Assembly (NCBI GenBank): GCA_009914755.4
Contig: CP068257.2
Span: 9,280,001-9,344,000 of the forward strand
Origin: the human T2T-CHM13v2.0 reference genome, Homo sapiens
Direction: 5' to 3'
DNA: 64,000 nucleotides
Shown in pieces: positions 51,426 through 64,000 of the stretch (position 1 is its first letter; each line of letters begins with the position of its first letter). The notes beneath the pieces are model-generated. The model did not search any database. It saw only the letters and a list, made by a program, of their open reading frames with translations, and was not told where the DNA came from. The position numbers and the translations under genes were made by a program.

Positions 51426-52829
51426 ATTTGAAAGTGATGCTGAAGTCCTCGTCATTGGGATGCCAGGGGGTCTAGGTCACAGAACATACAGAAACGTTTG
51501 TGTGTAAGTGTTGTGTGCATTTGCACATTTTTCATGGGGAAAAGTCCATCTGATGATCAAAAAAGTGTGTGTCCCGGCAAAGGTGCAGAAATTATTATCA
51601 TTTGATTTTCTGGTTAATAGTATGTTAAAGTATTTTAAAGACAATCGACTACTCATCATTTCAATAAGAGAAAATCTAAAAATTACCCATCTTGTATGAA
51701 ACAAAGAAAAGAATCAGAGAAATTAAATATACACTTACTATTCCTTAAATGTTATTTTTCTTCCTTTTATTTCTCTTCTATATTCACTGTTGCGGCATTA
51801 TATTGATTTTTGTTTTCTTTTTGTAATTTGGAAAGCAGCTATGTTCACTATTATATAAACAATGCTTGAGAGTTTTCTTATGTTGCTATTAAAGTTTGTG
51901 TTCAGGTAAATTACATTATCTAATGATTTCATTTCAAGGTAAAACACAAACAGTTTTATGTCTTAAAGAGGGCCTTGGTCTGATAGGAATGAGAACCACT
52001 CTGCCATGCCCTATGCGAACAATTCTAATTGGGTAAAATCTAATACTTTGCAAACTGTCCCAAGAGAGCTTACTGATTTTAGGGCAGAAGAAAAAGTTTC
52101 TATGTAGAACTCTATGTTTGAGAGGAGGAGAGGGGCTACAGCTAAGTATAGAGAAAAAAACAAGGTTCCATAATCAAGAAAGAAAAAGGTGGAATCTGAG
52201 TCTGTCTTTTTCGTCTTTACCTCTGTGTGTGTATGTTCTATACCATCATGTCTCATTTTTCTTTATGTCTTAAAGGGCAATGTGTGCACACAGCAGGCAT
52301 ATATGTGTTAATTGATTCATACTCCACACAATCCCCATTTCTCTTGTTCTTATCCCACCCACAATGGAGTTCAATAGAGCTAACAGTGGAAAAGATAATG
52401 AGTGGGTCTAAATTTAATCCCCTTTTGTTTAAGCTAATCTCCCTCTCTAATTAATGGCTGTTCATACCATTATTGCTCACGAATCTGGCGAAAGTTCTCT
52501 GCATCGGCGCAGGAAGCACTCTGTGAAATCATGTTGTCAAAGGGAACAGCATAGTCCAGTTCCCATTGCATCCTTGGTGACTTTTGGCCTAATGAAAAAG
52601 GTGTGTGGAACATGGAAACCAGAAGGAGCCCTCTGCTGTTAGTGCAGAGCTCCTGCTCCTGGGTTGCATTCTAGCTTTCGTCACACATTTTAAAATCCAA
52701 ATGTAAGAATGATGTACCTTTGAAAAGACAGTGGGTTACAATGAGGGACTGAAGGAGTGGGCAGGGTCAAGTAGGGAGGGAAGAGAGAGAAGGCACAAGA
52801 GGAGCTGTGAGGAAATATCTCCCAGCCTC

Positions 52830-54140
52830 CACCCTCACCCTCCCTGAGCTTCCGCAGGGCTGAGGCTTCCTCTGCTGAGCTCGCGCCCTCACCCTCCCTG
52901 AGCTTCCGCTTCCGCAGAGCTGAGGCTTCCTCTGCTGAGCTTGTGCCCTCACCCTCTCCGAGCTTCCGCAGGGCTGAGGCTTCCTCTGCTGAGCTCGCGC
53001 CCTCGCCTTCCCTGAGCTTCGACAGGGCTGAGACTTCCTCTGCTGAGCTTGCACCCTCGCCCTCCGTGAGCTTCCGCAGGGCTGAGGCTTCCTCTGCTAA
53101 GCTGGCGCCCTCGCCCTCCCTGACCTTCCGCTTCGGCAAGATTGAGGCTTCCTCTGCTCAGCTTGCGCCCTCCCCCTCCCGGAGTTTGGACAGGACTGAC
53201 GCTTCCTCCGCTGAGCTTGCGCCCTCACCCTCCCTGAGCTTCCGCTTCCGCAGGGCTGAGGCTCCGTCTGCTGAGCTTGCACCCTCACCCTCCCTGAGCT
53301 TCCGCTTCCGCTTCCGCAGGACTGAGGCTTCCTCTGCTGAGCTTGTGCCTTCACCTTCCCTGAGCTTCCGCTTTGGCAGGGCTGAGGCTTCCTCTGCTGA
53401 GCTTGTGCCCTTACCCTCCGTGAGCTTCCGCAGGGCTGAGGGCTCCTCCACGGGGCTGAGGGTTCCTCCGCTGAGCTTGCGCCTTCATCCTCCGTGAGCT
53501 TCCGCAGGGCTGAGAGTTCCTCTGCTGAGCTTGCGCCCTCACCCTCCCTGAGCTTCTGAAGGGCTGAGGCTTCCTCTGCTGAGCTTGCGCCCTCACCCTC
53601 CCTGAGCTTCTGAAGGGCTGAGGCTTCCTCTGCTGAGCTCGCCCCCTCACCCTCCCTGAGCTTCCGCTTCCCCAGGGCTGCGGCTTCCTCTGCTGAGCTC
53701 GCACCCTCACCCTCCCTGAGCTTCCGCAGGGCTGAAGCCTCCTCTGCTGAGCTCGCGCCCTCACCCTCCCTGAGCTTCGGCGGGGCTGAGGCCACCTCTG
53801 CTGAGCTCGCGCCCTCATCCTCCCTGAGCTTTGGCGGGGCTGAGGCCTCCTCTGCTGAGCTCGCGCCCTTACCCTCCCTGAGCTTTGGCGGGGCTGAGGC
53901 TTCCTCTGCTGAGCTCGCGCCCTCACCCTCCCTGAGCTTCGGCGGGGCTGAGGGCCTCCTCTGCTGAGCTCGCGCCCTCACCCTCCCTGAGCTTCCGCAG
54001 GGTTGAGGCCTCCTCTGCTGAGCTCGCGCCCTCACCCTCCCTGAGCTTCGGGGGGGCTGAGGGCCTCCTCTGCTGAGCTCGCGCCCTCACCCTCCCTGAG
54101 CTTCCGCAGGGCTGAGGCTTCCTCTGCTGAGCTTGCGCAC
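52830..54140. repeat. GC-rich, CpG-containing minisatellite/VNTR, 54-bp unit with 60/66-bp variants, about 23 units (about 1.3 kb)
   Basis: Unit 'gagcttccgcagggctgaggcttcctctgctgagctcgcgccctcaccctccct'. Length variants arise by duplicating the internal hexamer 'cttccg', as in 'gagcttccgcttccgcag'. All observed unit lengths are multiples of 3. Confidence 0.9.
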
Positions 54141-56072
54141 TTGGAGAAGCCCCCTCTGGGTGGTGATTTGTGTGCTGCAGTTCACTCCCACAGTTTGACA
54201 CACACACGCACACACACACTCAAAGTCGGCAAAGGCACCAGCAGCAGTACATACATGCTTTCCTAATAGAATGCTGCTTTTAATAAACAGGCAACCTCTT
54301 ACTCTTTTAGTTTTTGTGGACTTCATTGTTTAAAACTGTAAATAAACAAAGAACTCTGGATTCCTCATACATACTATTAAGTGTTAGTGTTTCCTTTACT
54401 GGAAGCCTTCAATGTATCAGAAACTGTGCAGGGTGATAGGGTACACAGAGGCCAAAGCCAAGGCTACTGTCTTGCGGGAACTCTCAAGCCAGGTACTTAG
54501 AGACGGCTGTGTATTGCGGACCTCAGCCACGGAGGGCTGAATTTCACAGAAATCTTGGTATATATTTGTCACATGTGTTGCTTAATTAACATTTCCAAAT
54601 AGTAATTTTAGTCACCTCTAGAATAATCTAATTATATGCACAGTCACGTGTCACTTAATGAAGGGAATACGTTCTGAGAAATGCATCCTTAGGTGATTTT
54701 GCCGTTGTGTGAACATCATAGAGTGCACTCATACAAACCCAGACGGCACAGCCTCCTCCACACCCGGGCCACATGGTACAGCCTGTTGCTCCCGGGATAC
54801 ACACCTGCCCAGCAGGGGACGCTACTGAACACTGCAGGCAGCTGGAACATAATGGTACGTATTTATGTATCTAAACATAATAAACAGAGAAAAGGTACAG
54901 TAAAAACATGGTATAAAAAGTGGAAAATGGTACACTTTTATAGGGCACTTACCACGAATGGAGCTAGCAGGACTGGAAGTTGCTGGGGTGAGTCTCTGAG
55001 TGAATGGCGAGTGGATGTGGAGGCCTGGGATGCTATTGTGCACCCCCTTATAAACACTAGACACTCATGCTACACTAAATTTATAAGAAATACTTTTTCT
55101 TCCTTCAATAATGATTAACCTTTGCTTACTGTAATGTCAAACTTTTTAATTACAAAAATGACTCGTAATTACACTTAGCTTAAAATGCAAACACATTGTA
55201 CAGCTGTACAAAAATATTTTCTTTCTTTATATCTTTATTCTTTCAGCCTTTTTGTATTTAATTTTTTTTTGACTCTGTAAACTAGCTCATCATAAACAAA
55301 GTCACAAACACCTACATTAGCCTAGGCCTACACAGGGTCGGGATCATCAATAGCACTGCCTTCCACCTCCACATCTTGTCCCACTGGAAGGTCTTCAGGG
55401 TGATAACATGCATGGACCTGTCACAGTGGATGTGAATATGCACCACTCATACTGTGGGTGAAAATGCTTTCCTAGGGCTATACACTAACCTTTACACTCA
55501 AATGCAGTAAGTTGTGTTAGCTGTATTGTTGAGCCCAGGGCTTGGGGACACGGTTACAAAGCACAGACACTTGTGGGTTTTGATCATATGCATCTGGAAA
55601 AATACAATCACTTATTTGGGTAAACAAGTATTATTTGTGTGTTTTCCTTTTATAAACACTTATCAAATGCCTACTCTTTGCTATTGTGTTGGTTTTGGTG
55701 ATAGAAACCATATGGTCCCATCTTCAAAGAGTTTTCAGTCTAGGAGGGGAGGCAGCTTCACGAACAGTGATTGCCGCAGAATGTGGTCAGTGCATCGTCA
55801 CGCATCCAGGCACAACCACGGCGTGATGCGGGGAGCGAGGAGCCATGAAGTCGGGCAAAAGCATGGAAAGAAAGATCTTCGAAAAGGAGGGGGCCTGCAA
55901 AAGAACTGAAACATGAAGAGCCGTTGAAACAAAACTGACAGGCAATATGGTCAAGTTCCTGATGACCCAAATGATCACTCATTCAGGCAGTTTGGCTCAC
56001 CAAGAACAGACCTGGGGGTGGCCTGGGAGCAGGTATCAGACTGCCACAGGTTAACATAGAGAAGCGAGGTGA

Positions 56073-56385
56073 TGCTGGATGCAGTGGGTCACGCCTGTAA
56101 TTCCAGCATGTTGGGAAGCCAAGGCAGGAGGATCACTTGAGGCCAGGAATTGCAGACCAGCCTGGGCAACACGGTGTGATGTCGTCACTCCAAAAAATAA
56201 ATAAAAGATTAGCTGGATGTGGTGGTACGTGCCTGTGGTCCCACCTACTTGGGAGGCTGAGGTGGGAGGATCATTTCAGCCCAGGAGTCCCAGGCTGCAG
56301 TGAGCCATCATCACGCTACTGCACCCCAGCCTGGGCGGCAAAACAAGACCCCATACCTACAAAAAGAGAAAGAAAAAAGAGAAAA
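56073..56385 (+). mobile_element. Alu SINE, older and more diverged (AluJ-like)
   Basis: 'ggatgcagtgggtcacgcctgtaattccagcatgttgggaagccaaggcaggaggatcacttgaggccaggaattgcagaccagcctgggcaacacggtg ... cactgcaccccagcctgggcggcaaaacaagaccccatacctacaaaaagagaaagaaaaaagag'. Many CpG-to-TpG changes relative to the younger Alus in the window. Confidence 0.85.
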
Positions 56386-56461
56386 GTGAGGTCATGCAGT
56401 GCAGGGGCCTTCCTGCAATCCTAGATCTTGATGACTCCTGGTGCTTCTGTTGTCAGGACAC

Positions 56462-56590
56462 TCATTAAAACTCACCCCATGAGCCTCTTTTTCTACCACC
56501 GTCACCCCCTATGAGCTTCCTTTTATGCTACCATCTGCCACGATAAGCCTGTTTTTTCCACCATCACACCCATGAGCTTCTTGAGCTCAG
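56462..56590. repeat. Degenerate tandem repeat, about 38-40 bp x3 ('cacc(ccat)gagc(c/t)tc(tt)ttt.t.ctaccatc')
   Basis: Seen directly, but degenerate. Confidence 0.5.
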
Positions 56591-57214
56591 GGACATGTCT
56601 CATTTGACTTGGCACCTATGTTTGCTATTACGATACTGTGTATTTATAAGGCACCACAATGTATGATTGTTACATCAATAAATGATCAGCAAACCTTGAA
56701 GATTTAATTGGGAAAAAAAATCAGCTTCTGTGGCAAGTCAAGAGCCCACAGGAGGCAGCTACTGTGGTAAGTGCTGTTGAGACTGCAAGGCCTGAGGAGC
56801 TGGAACCATGACAGATTGGAAACAGTACCTCCTCCTACCACAGGCTTTATTCACAAGTATAATTTATTTTTTCTGTGTAGGAGCTTGAGGGATTTCAGAG
56901 CATGATATCGAGTAAATGTATTTTACATGTTATTCCTTCCTTGGCATCATGGTTTGAGCCATTCAAATGTCTTCATAATCAAAAGCATAATAAATTATGA
57001 CTAAAACGGTGTACCTGTGAAAACGTCCTTCGCACTCTCCCCAGTTGGAGGCTGTGCTTTTACGGTCACAGACAGCAGGGCTGTTTGTGAGAGCAGCAGG
57101 GCTCTGCAGCTGGAGCTGAGTCAGAAGACGCCTGGCCTGCACTGCGGAGGTGCGGAGACCACACAGGTCGGTGTGGCTCCATCGCAGCTAGAGGATTCTG
57201 GGACATAATATCCG

Positions 57215-57565
57215 CTCTGGACTGAATGTTTAAGTCCCTCCCAAATTCATGTTAAAACTCTAATCCCCAGGAAGACAGTATTAGGCGGCATGGCCTTTGG
57301 AAGGCGATTAGGCCAGGAAGGGCTTATTGCCCTTATAAAGGAGAGGGCTCCTGTCCCCTTCAGCCACAAGAGGCCACAGTGAGAAGGCACCATCCAGAAG
57401 CCAGGACAGTAGCCCTCACCAGATGCCAAATCTCCCTGCACCTTGACCTTGGACTCCTTCACCTCCACAACTGTGAGAAATAAATCCTTCATTGCTTATA
57501 AGCCACTCTGTCTATTGCATTCTGAGATAGAAATCCAAACAGACACAGACCATATTGGTCGTATA
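57215..57565 (+). mobile_element. MaLR-type LTR fragment (3' half; THE1/MST/MLT family)
   Basis: 'aatccccag.aagacagtattaggcggcatggcctttggaaggcgattaggccaggaagggc..attgcccttataaaggagag.gctcc...ccccttc.gccacaagaggccacagtgagaaggcaccatc.agaagccaggacagtagccctcaccagatgccaaatctccctgcaccttgaccttggactcc.tcacctccacaactgtgagaaataaatccttcattgcttataagccactctgtctattgcattctg' closely follows the canonical MaLR LTR 3' region. Confidence 0.65.
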
Positions 57566-57689
57566 AAGTGGAATCCAGCTGGCCCCATTGTCTTGGTCCT
57601 GCAGGGGCAACCACATGCCTGCCTCAGAGGCATCCTCTTCTGAGACAAGGTAGCATAAATTGAGTCGGGAAGTGACCCACTCTTAGCTC

Positions 57690-57860
57690 CATCCTTTATT
57701 TCCTGGGTGATCTTGGAAAGCTGCATCTCTCTGGCCACTGGTTTCCTCTCCTGTAAAATGGGGATATTGGGAGTTCTTAGGGGATTAAGATATGCGACTG
57801 AAGCGGCTACATTGTCTGGGGTATACACCCTGGGGTTTCTTGTTGCGTGCCAGGAAAGTT
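57690..57860 (+). mobile_element. MIR SINE core-like segment, old and diverged
   Basis: 'ggtttcctctcctgtaaaatggggatattgggag.ttcttaggggattaagatatgcgactgaagcggctacattgtctgggg' versus the MIR consensus 'cagtttcctcatctgtaaaatggggataataatagtacctacctcatagggttgttgtgaggattaaatgagataatgcatgtaaagcgcttag'. Confidence 0.45.
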
Positions 57861-58400
57861 TGGGACATGGACACACACGAGGAGCTTAGGAGTGGAGGTT
57901 TAAAAGGCAGAAAAGAAGAGAAAGAGAAAACAGCTCTCTCCAAAGAGAAAGGGGCCTTTGAGGGGACGGGTGGCTGATGCACCCAATTTTATCATCAGGT
58001 TTGAGGAGGCGGGGTCTGATTTCCTTAGGGCTCAGGGATTGGTTCCATCAGGTATGACATTTACATAGTGAGCGGGAAGGCTGGTCGCCCTACCCCAATC
58101 TTATTATGCAAATGGCCTTTCCAGTTGATCAGTGCCATTTTGTCTGCTCCTTACAGTACAAGTGGTTGACAAAGAGAAGGGAAGATGGAGCCCATCTTGA
58201 ACATGTCTAGTCCCTAGTTCCTGCCAGTATTCACCATGCAAGCTCCCAGGTGGCTAGTCTATGTCTGCAGCTCAACTTTACAGGCTGCTCTTTGATAGAA
58301 TATGATGTGGGGCTGCTTTTCATTGAAAACAAAGGCCTTACCAAGGACTCCCCTACCCTTTCTGTCTGCCTAAGTGATTTCTTCTTAACTCCTAGATCAC
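57810..58400 (+). repeat. Copy B of the unclassified dispersed repeat or ancient duplicated segment, homologous to 930-1545
   Basis: See the feature at 930-1545. Same orientation, and the shared similarity also extends a little upstream into the MIR-like part. Confidence 0.4.
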
Positions 58401-61226
58401 TACGTAGCTAAAACAAATGATACCTGGAAACAGTTGACCAGTCGTTGTCATCTTTGGATGTGCCTACTAGAAATGCACAGCGCTCTGCCCACCATATGAT
58501 CTTTGTAGTTGTTCCCACCGGGCCTGAACCTCTCTCCCCATCGCCAGCCTGCCCTGCTGTCTGCATGGCTGACTCTCATTCATTCCCTCTCAAGCACTGC
58601 TTCCCAGAGAGTTTCCCAGCCGCCCTACCAAATGTGCAGTCCCTATCACATTACCCTTTTTATTTTCTCCACCACACTTCCCACCATCTACAATTATCTT
58701 GACTGAGCATTTGCTGGCCTGTCCATTGTCTCTCTACTCGTAGTAGAATAAAAGGTGATTGAAGGCAACAAACAGCCCATCTGTCATCCTCACTGCCATA
58801 TTTCCAAGCCCTAGAAAAGTACCCGAACAAATGAAGCACTCCATAAATGCTTTTTGAATGAGTAAGTAAATGAACCCAAATGCATTTTTCTTACTAATCC
58901 TTTGAATTATTTTTACACATTTCCAATTACTTATTTCTCTTTTTCTCTACTTCCAAAGAAACCGCAGTGGATACTGTGCACGACTTAGAAGCTCCAGGCA
59001 AGGATAATAAACATGCCACATCTGTATCTGTGGATGTTCCTTCAGCCTGGGCAGAAAAGATACAGTCAGGAAGATACAGAGAAAGAAACAACAGTCCATA
59101 TGTGTTTAATATTTATCAGTGTAGCAAATTTCTCCAGTAGAAAAAGAAAAGACAAAGTTAGTTTAATTGGATCCAGTTTCTTTAAGTACCTTTATTTTCC
59201 CTTGAAGAAAATAAAGGAGGAGAAGGGACTTAGCCAAATAATGATTTAAATTTATTCTAGTATTTCTGAGGGTGCCAAGTCAGGAGGTTGCTGAGGTTTC
59301 TTTCTCTTTCCTTTGCTGAGGTAAATTTCCAGCTCAGGCATATGGACTGACGTGGAAAAGCAATCAGTTATAAAGAAAAAATACATTTGGGGTCTGTCTC
59401 TGTTGGAAACATAATTGAAAGCATGAGTGTTGTGTGGTTTCTCTCAAACTTCAAAAGTGTGCTCAGGCACATGAAGGGGAGTGCCATCTGTTTGTTGTTA
59501 GGGTCATGTTTTACTTTCCTGCTTACACTTTCAATATAGTCAAAGAGCTCAGCTTTTTATAAAGAAAATTAATTACTACTTAGGTTTACATTAGTGGCAA
59601 ATTTACTCATTTTCCCTTTTCCATTAGAAGAATGTTGTTAGATAATAGATTAGAACAATTTGGCAATTAATCACAGTCACCCACTCTTAGAAATTGCTCA
59701 TTGGCCAAAATAATTAGTACAAACACTACTTAGAAAAGAAATGATCCATCTTTTGTAAACCTAAGAACATGTTGGCAGATTTGCAATGCTTGATAACAAT
59801 AGCTTTTGTGCTGCAATGTACAGGAGGTGCCTTGAAATTTATAGGCTGTTGGCTACCAGCACCCATCATCCACCTCAGCACCTGCAGGAGCCCTGATGGT
59901 CAATAGGAAGGCATAGAGGGAAAAATACTGAGCTTCGGAACTTGAACCTCAGACTCAGGGGCATGTAGAAACTAGTCCAAAGTAACACTATTGCTTAGTG
60001 GCAGAATCGAGCCTGGAATCCAGTTTTCCTGATTCCTGGCTCAGTGACCCCACGGCTGCACGTGAGGGTCCTGTGGAGTTAGTGTCCTCCCGTGCTAAAG
60101 TGACACGGCTTGCGTTAATCCATAGAAACGTTCCATGCTGATCCCACAGACATGTATTGAAGGCAGACTATGTTCTAGGCTGTGTTAGCGAAGCCTCCAT
60201 ATAGTCACAGTATTCATTTCCTAGCTTAATTGTTGTTTGACTATTTTCAAGGTATGTCAGGCCTAACCTACTAATTCCTCATTATCTGCAATCTTATTTA
60301 AATACACTGTGTCAATTGAGTGTTTGTGATATGAGCATCAATTTTGAGATAACAGGGATACAAAAGAAGGAGGATCCCTGCCTCTAAAGAGCTCGCCAAC
60401 TTATTATGTGGAAATAATGGACCGAATGCCACTGATGCAAATGCACCTTCCCTCTAGGACGTGGCTCCTTTTTTCCTTTTTTAGTTGTTCTTTCACCACG
60501 TCAGCTCTTCTTTCCTGGTCTGCTTTGAAGTCTTCTTCTCTCCTCTTCCCTCTGCTGGTTCCTTTAGCCCTGGGCTTCCCTGGGGCTCAGTCCGACGTTC
60601 CCTCTTCTATTCTCTCCCAGGGTCATCTCATCCAGTCGTACGGCTTCTATTATCATCCATAGCAGAAATTATGAACCCAGAGTCCATGGATAAACTTTTG
60701 GGCCTGTGAGTTCCTTGAAATTGTATGCAAATTTGGTGTATATGGTCATAGCTTCTGCCAGCTTGGCAGAGGGGACCTAGACTCCACAGCTCTACTGAAG
60801 TGGGTGATGCCCAGGACTGCATGTTCCTGAGTGTCAGGGGCCAGCTCTGACTGGCCCTGGGCACCGTGGCTTGGAGATCTCACAGCTGCATGAAGCTTAA
60901 AGCAATCTTATCTAATTGCAGTTCCCCATCCCCTGCCCGCATCTCTACCTTCCGCTTTTGTGTCCCTGTCATAGTAAGTAGCATCATCACCAGGTTGTCC
61001 AACTAGAAACCAGGGACTTTCCAGACTCTTCTCTCTCCCTCATTCCATACAGCCATCTCATGTGCTATGGGCTCTTTCTCCAAAACCTCTCAAATCTATT
61101 CCCTCCCCTCCATTTCCCCTGCCCGGCCCTCTCAGCTCTCCTCAGCCTTTACTGGACACAGCAGCCTCCTGGCTGGTCTTCCCTCAGTCTCACTCCCATC
61201 TCTTCTCTCTATGGAGGCAACTGAGC

Positions 61227-61242
61227 ATGCGTTTTCTTTTTC

Positions 61243-61297
<55 letters not shown>

Positions 61298-61308
61298 TTT
61301 TTTTTTGA
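61227..61308. repeat. (TTTC)n microsatellite about x18, at the A-tail side of the following minus-strand Alu
   Basis: Seen directly: 'ctttctttctttctttc...' running into the poly-T of the Alu. Confidence 0.9.
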
Positions 61309-61587
61309 AACAGAGTCTCGCTCTGTCACCAGGTTGGGATGCAGTGGTCTGATCTCGACTCCCTGCAATCTCTGACTTCCTGGTTCAAGTGATTCTCCTG
61401 CCCCAGCCTCCTGAGTAGCTGGGATTACAGGCACCCACCATCATGCCCAACTAATTTTTGTATTTTTAGTAGAGAAAGGGTTTCACCATATTGGCCAGGA
61501 TGGTCTCAATCTCCTGACCTTGTGATCTGCCCACTTTGGCCTCCCAAAGTGCTGGGATTACAGGAATGAGACACCTCGCCCAGCCCC
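61300..61587 (-). mobile_element. Alu SINE (full length)
   Basis: 'tttttttttttgaaacagagtctcgctctgtcaccaggttgggatgcagtggtctgatctcgactccctgcaatctctgacttcctggttcaagtgattctcctgcc ... ctgggattacaggaatgagacacctcgcccagcc'. Confidence 0.95.
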
Positions 61588-61619
61588 GAGTGTGCATTTT
61601 CTAACATAAAATCTGATCA

Positions 61620-61935
<316 letters not shown>

Positions 61936-63034
61936 ATCCCATCATTGCCTGGCTCAGAAGCCATTCCAGCGTACTCCAGAGATGAAAACCACAAGGATTG
62001 CATAGCCTTCCGTAAATTGTTTCACACTCTGTCCCCAAGATCGTGACACTCACTGTAACCTATCACTTAGCTTCTCAAACATGCCATACTCCCTCCCATA
62101 TCATGTCCTTGAAATATGCTTCTCTCCTATGCTACCAACCTCCCCTTCCTCGTCCAGCCCTCCCCACAGCACCCCCAGCCCCCACTTCTTTCATTCATCA
62201 GCTAACTGCTCCTCATTCTTCAGTTTCTACTTCTCCCTGAGGGCAGATCTGATTTCCTCAAGGAGGGAAGATGTCCCTGCTCTTGGTTCCTCCATAGCAA
62301 CTCCTCTTTTGTAATATCTGGAATTCACTACCTTGTGGTGATGTGGTTGTGCCTCTTCCTCCAACAAACATCCACCCACTGAGGGCAGGGCTCACATCTA
62401 GATGCTTGCTTTCGTATTCCTAGGATCTAGAATAAGGCTCAGTACTCAGTAGGTGCTGTGCAAATACTTAGTGAGGAGTCAAGAGCCCATGTGCATGGGA
62501 CAGATAGTGAAGCACAGTTAGAGATTTGAAAGGAAGTCACACCGTTGGTTACAGCTGTCATCCAGCAAGTAGGGCTTAAGCTTGTTCAGAAAAACAGATA
62601 GGGTGTGGCTTAGGCAGGATAAGAAAGCATAAAAAACAAAAGATGGAAAAACATTTTGGGAAAAGTGAGCTAATTAAAGATATGATCAGTGAGTAGAGGA
62701 GCCGCAAGTTTTAAGCAAAGCAGACCATTTCCTACACATAAAATTAACAGTAGAAAAATTAAAAAATAATTTATTGCTCACATTTTTGGCTTTGAAGGCC
62801 ATATAGTTAAGTTGTTGCAACTACTTCACTCTGCTTTTGTGTTGTGAAAGCAGCCACAGACAAACACATAATCGAATAGATGTGGCTGGGCTCTAAGAAA
62901 ACTTTACTTCTAAAAACAGACATGGAGTCTGCCGTTTCTTTAGAAATTCTTTAATTCCTTGCTTTTACAGGCTAGGCATTAATAAGGTAGAGATGGCAGT
63001 TGTCTGGAAACTTTTTCTAAAAGCATTTATGAGT

Positions 63035-63114
63035 TATAATTTAATGGCAATGTTATCTCTATTAGTTGATCTATTATAATTTAATGGCAATGCTATCTCT
63101 ATTAGTTGATCTGT
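63035..63114. repeat. Tandem duplication, 40 bp x2 ('ttataatttaatggcaatg(t/c)tatctctattagttgatct')
   Basis: Seen directly. One mismatch between the copies. Confidence 0.85.
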
Positions 63115-64000
63115 GCTCTATCGGTTTGTCTATCTACTGAATACATACTCCATTTATTTCTAAAACTTGATTTGAGATGCTGTTATATAATGATTACAAA
63201 TTGTACTATTGATATTTACAAATAATCATTAATTTACTCTGAATAGTCTTAAAAACTAGAAAATATCAATCTAAATGACAAATTTTCATCATTTTGGTCA
63301 TTAAAATATACAGTAAGAGATTCCTTGATGAAACCCACCATAGACAAGGGAGAGGACAAGGACAGGCTTTGCTCTCGGCTAACCAAATGGGAACATGGAA
63401 TTTTGCCCACTGATGGTAAGACAGAGCCAGCAGAAGAGGCCAAAGGAGATGAGGTCCACAGTGCAAAAACATGGGCTTGAGAATGACATCAGCGACTGGC
63501 TCCAGACTTCAAATACAGGCAGGGGAAGAAAAAAACAGGCTTTTGGCTAACAGTTCAGCATCTATCCCAGCAAGAACACACACACAAAAAAAATTCTTCT
63601 AAAAGAGTAATACAAAATAGATAGGATCAGAGAAGACAGAGGGTGGAATGAGTTCGAACATGAGGAATTCACCAGTGGCCTGCTGAGGACCATGTGGATT
63701 TTAATGCCACTTCAGGACAATAAAAATGAAATGTCCCACCATCTTAAAGGTTTGGGACTTCTAATAGAATAAGCATTTGATTAATGAAAAAACATGTACT
63801 ATAAGGAACAAGGGATCATAAAAGGCTGGTTTTTAACAGCCTAAGTACTTTTTGCATCTTGAAGTCTTTTATCACCTTGTAAATCACCCCTGGAGAGAAA
63901 TAACCGCAGTGACAAGGCAGACTTCCATTACCAGCCTGTCCACCTTGGCTCTAGATTCTCAAGTATATTGTCCTGGCTAGCACCCTGTGGTGTCGTGCCT

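Noticed and set aside
52690-54326. 312-aa, 184-aa, 171-aa and other ORFs rich in 'REGEGASSAEEASALRKL' or 'PSPSLSFRRAEASSAELA' repeats.
   Set aside because: Translation of the GC-rich 54/60-bp VNTR. Several frames on both strands are simultaneously open, and the frames end with the array.

Overview
This window is primate (almost certainly human or hominoid) nuclear DNA, not a prokaryotic locus. Evidence seen directly: at least 10 Alu SINEs with A-rich tails and target-site duplications, a 5'-truncated L1 3' end, a solo LTR12 (HERV9 LTR), MIR and MaLR-type LTR fragments, many (CA)n, (CTTT)n and purine-rich microsatellites, and AT-rich unique sequence. I find no convincing protein-coding gene, RNA gene, operon or defence-system-like architecture. 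The six-frame ORF track was evidently built with bacterial alternative start codons; for example the 'M' of ORF 19472..19789 is a TTG on the minus strand. Its longest ORFs are translations of tandem repeats, Alus or GC-rich LTR sequence. The real structure of the window is repeat architecture. (1) A roughly 62-bp satellite-like array (20311-23078) is split by a solo LTR12 inserted with a perfect 4-bp GTAG target-site duplication. The LTR12 keeps its CCAAT-box tandem enhancer and a TATA-like promoter. (2) There are about 10 independent minisatellite/VNTR arrays with periods of 40-96 bp, including a 1.3-kb GC/CpG-rich array of 54/60-bp units at about 52.8-54.1 kb. This density suggests a VNTR-rich, gene-poor (possibly subtelomere-like) region. 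(3) There are two close head-to-head inverted Alu pairs. (4) Two homologous ~620-bp segments lie 57 kb apart in the same orientation. (5) A short block of local duplications sits at 35.1-38.1 kb. All coordinates are read by eye from the sequence and are accurate to about +/-5 bp. Sub-family assignments (AluS/Y/J, LTR12C versus others, MaLR sub-family) cannot be made reliably without RepeatMasker or Dfam.
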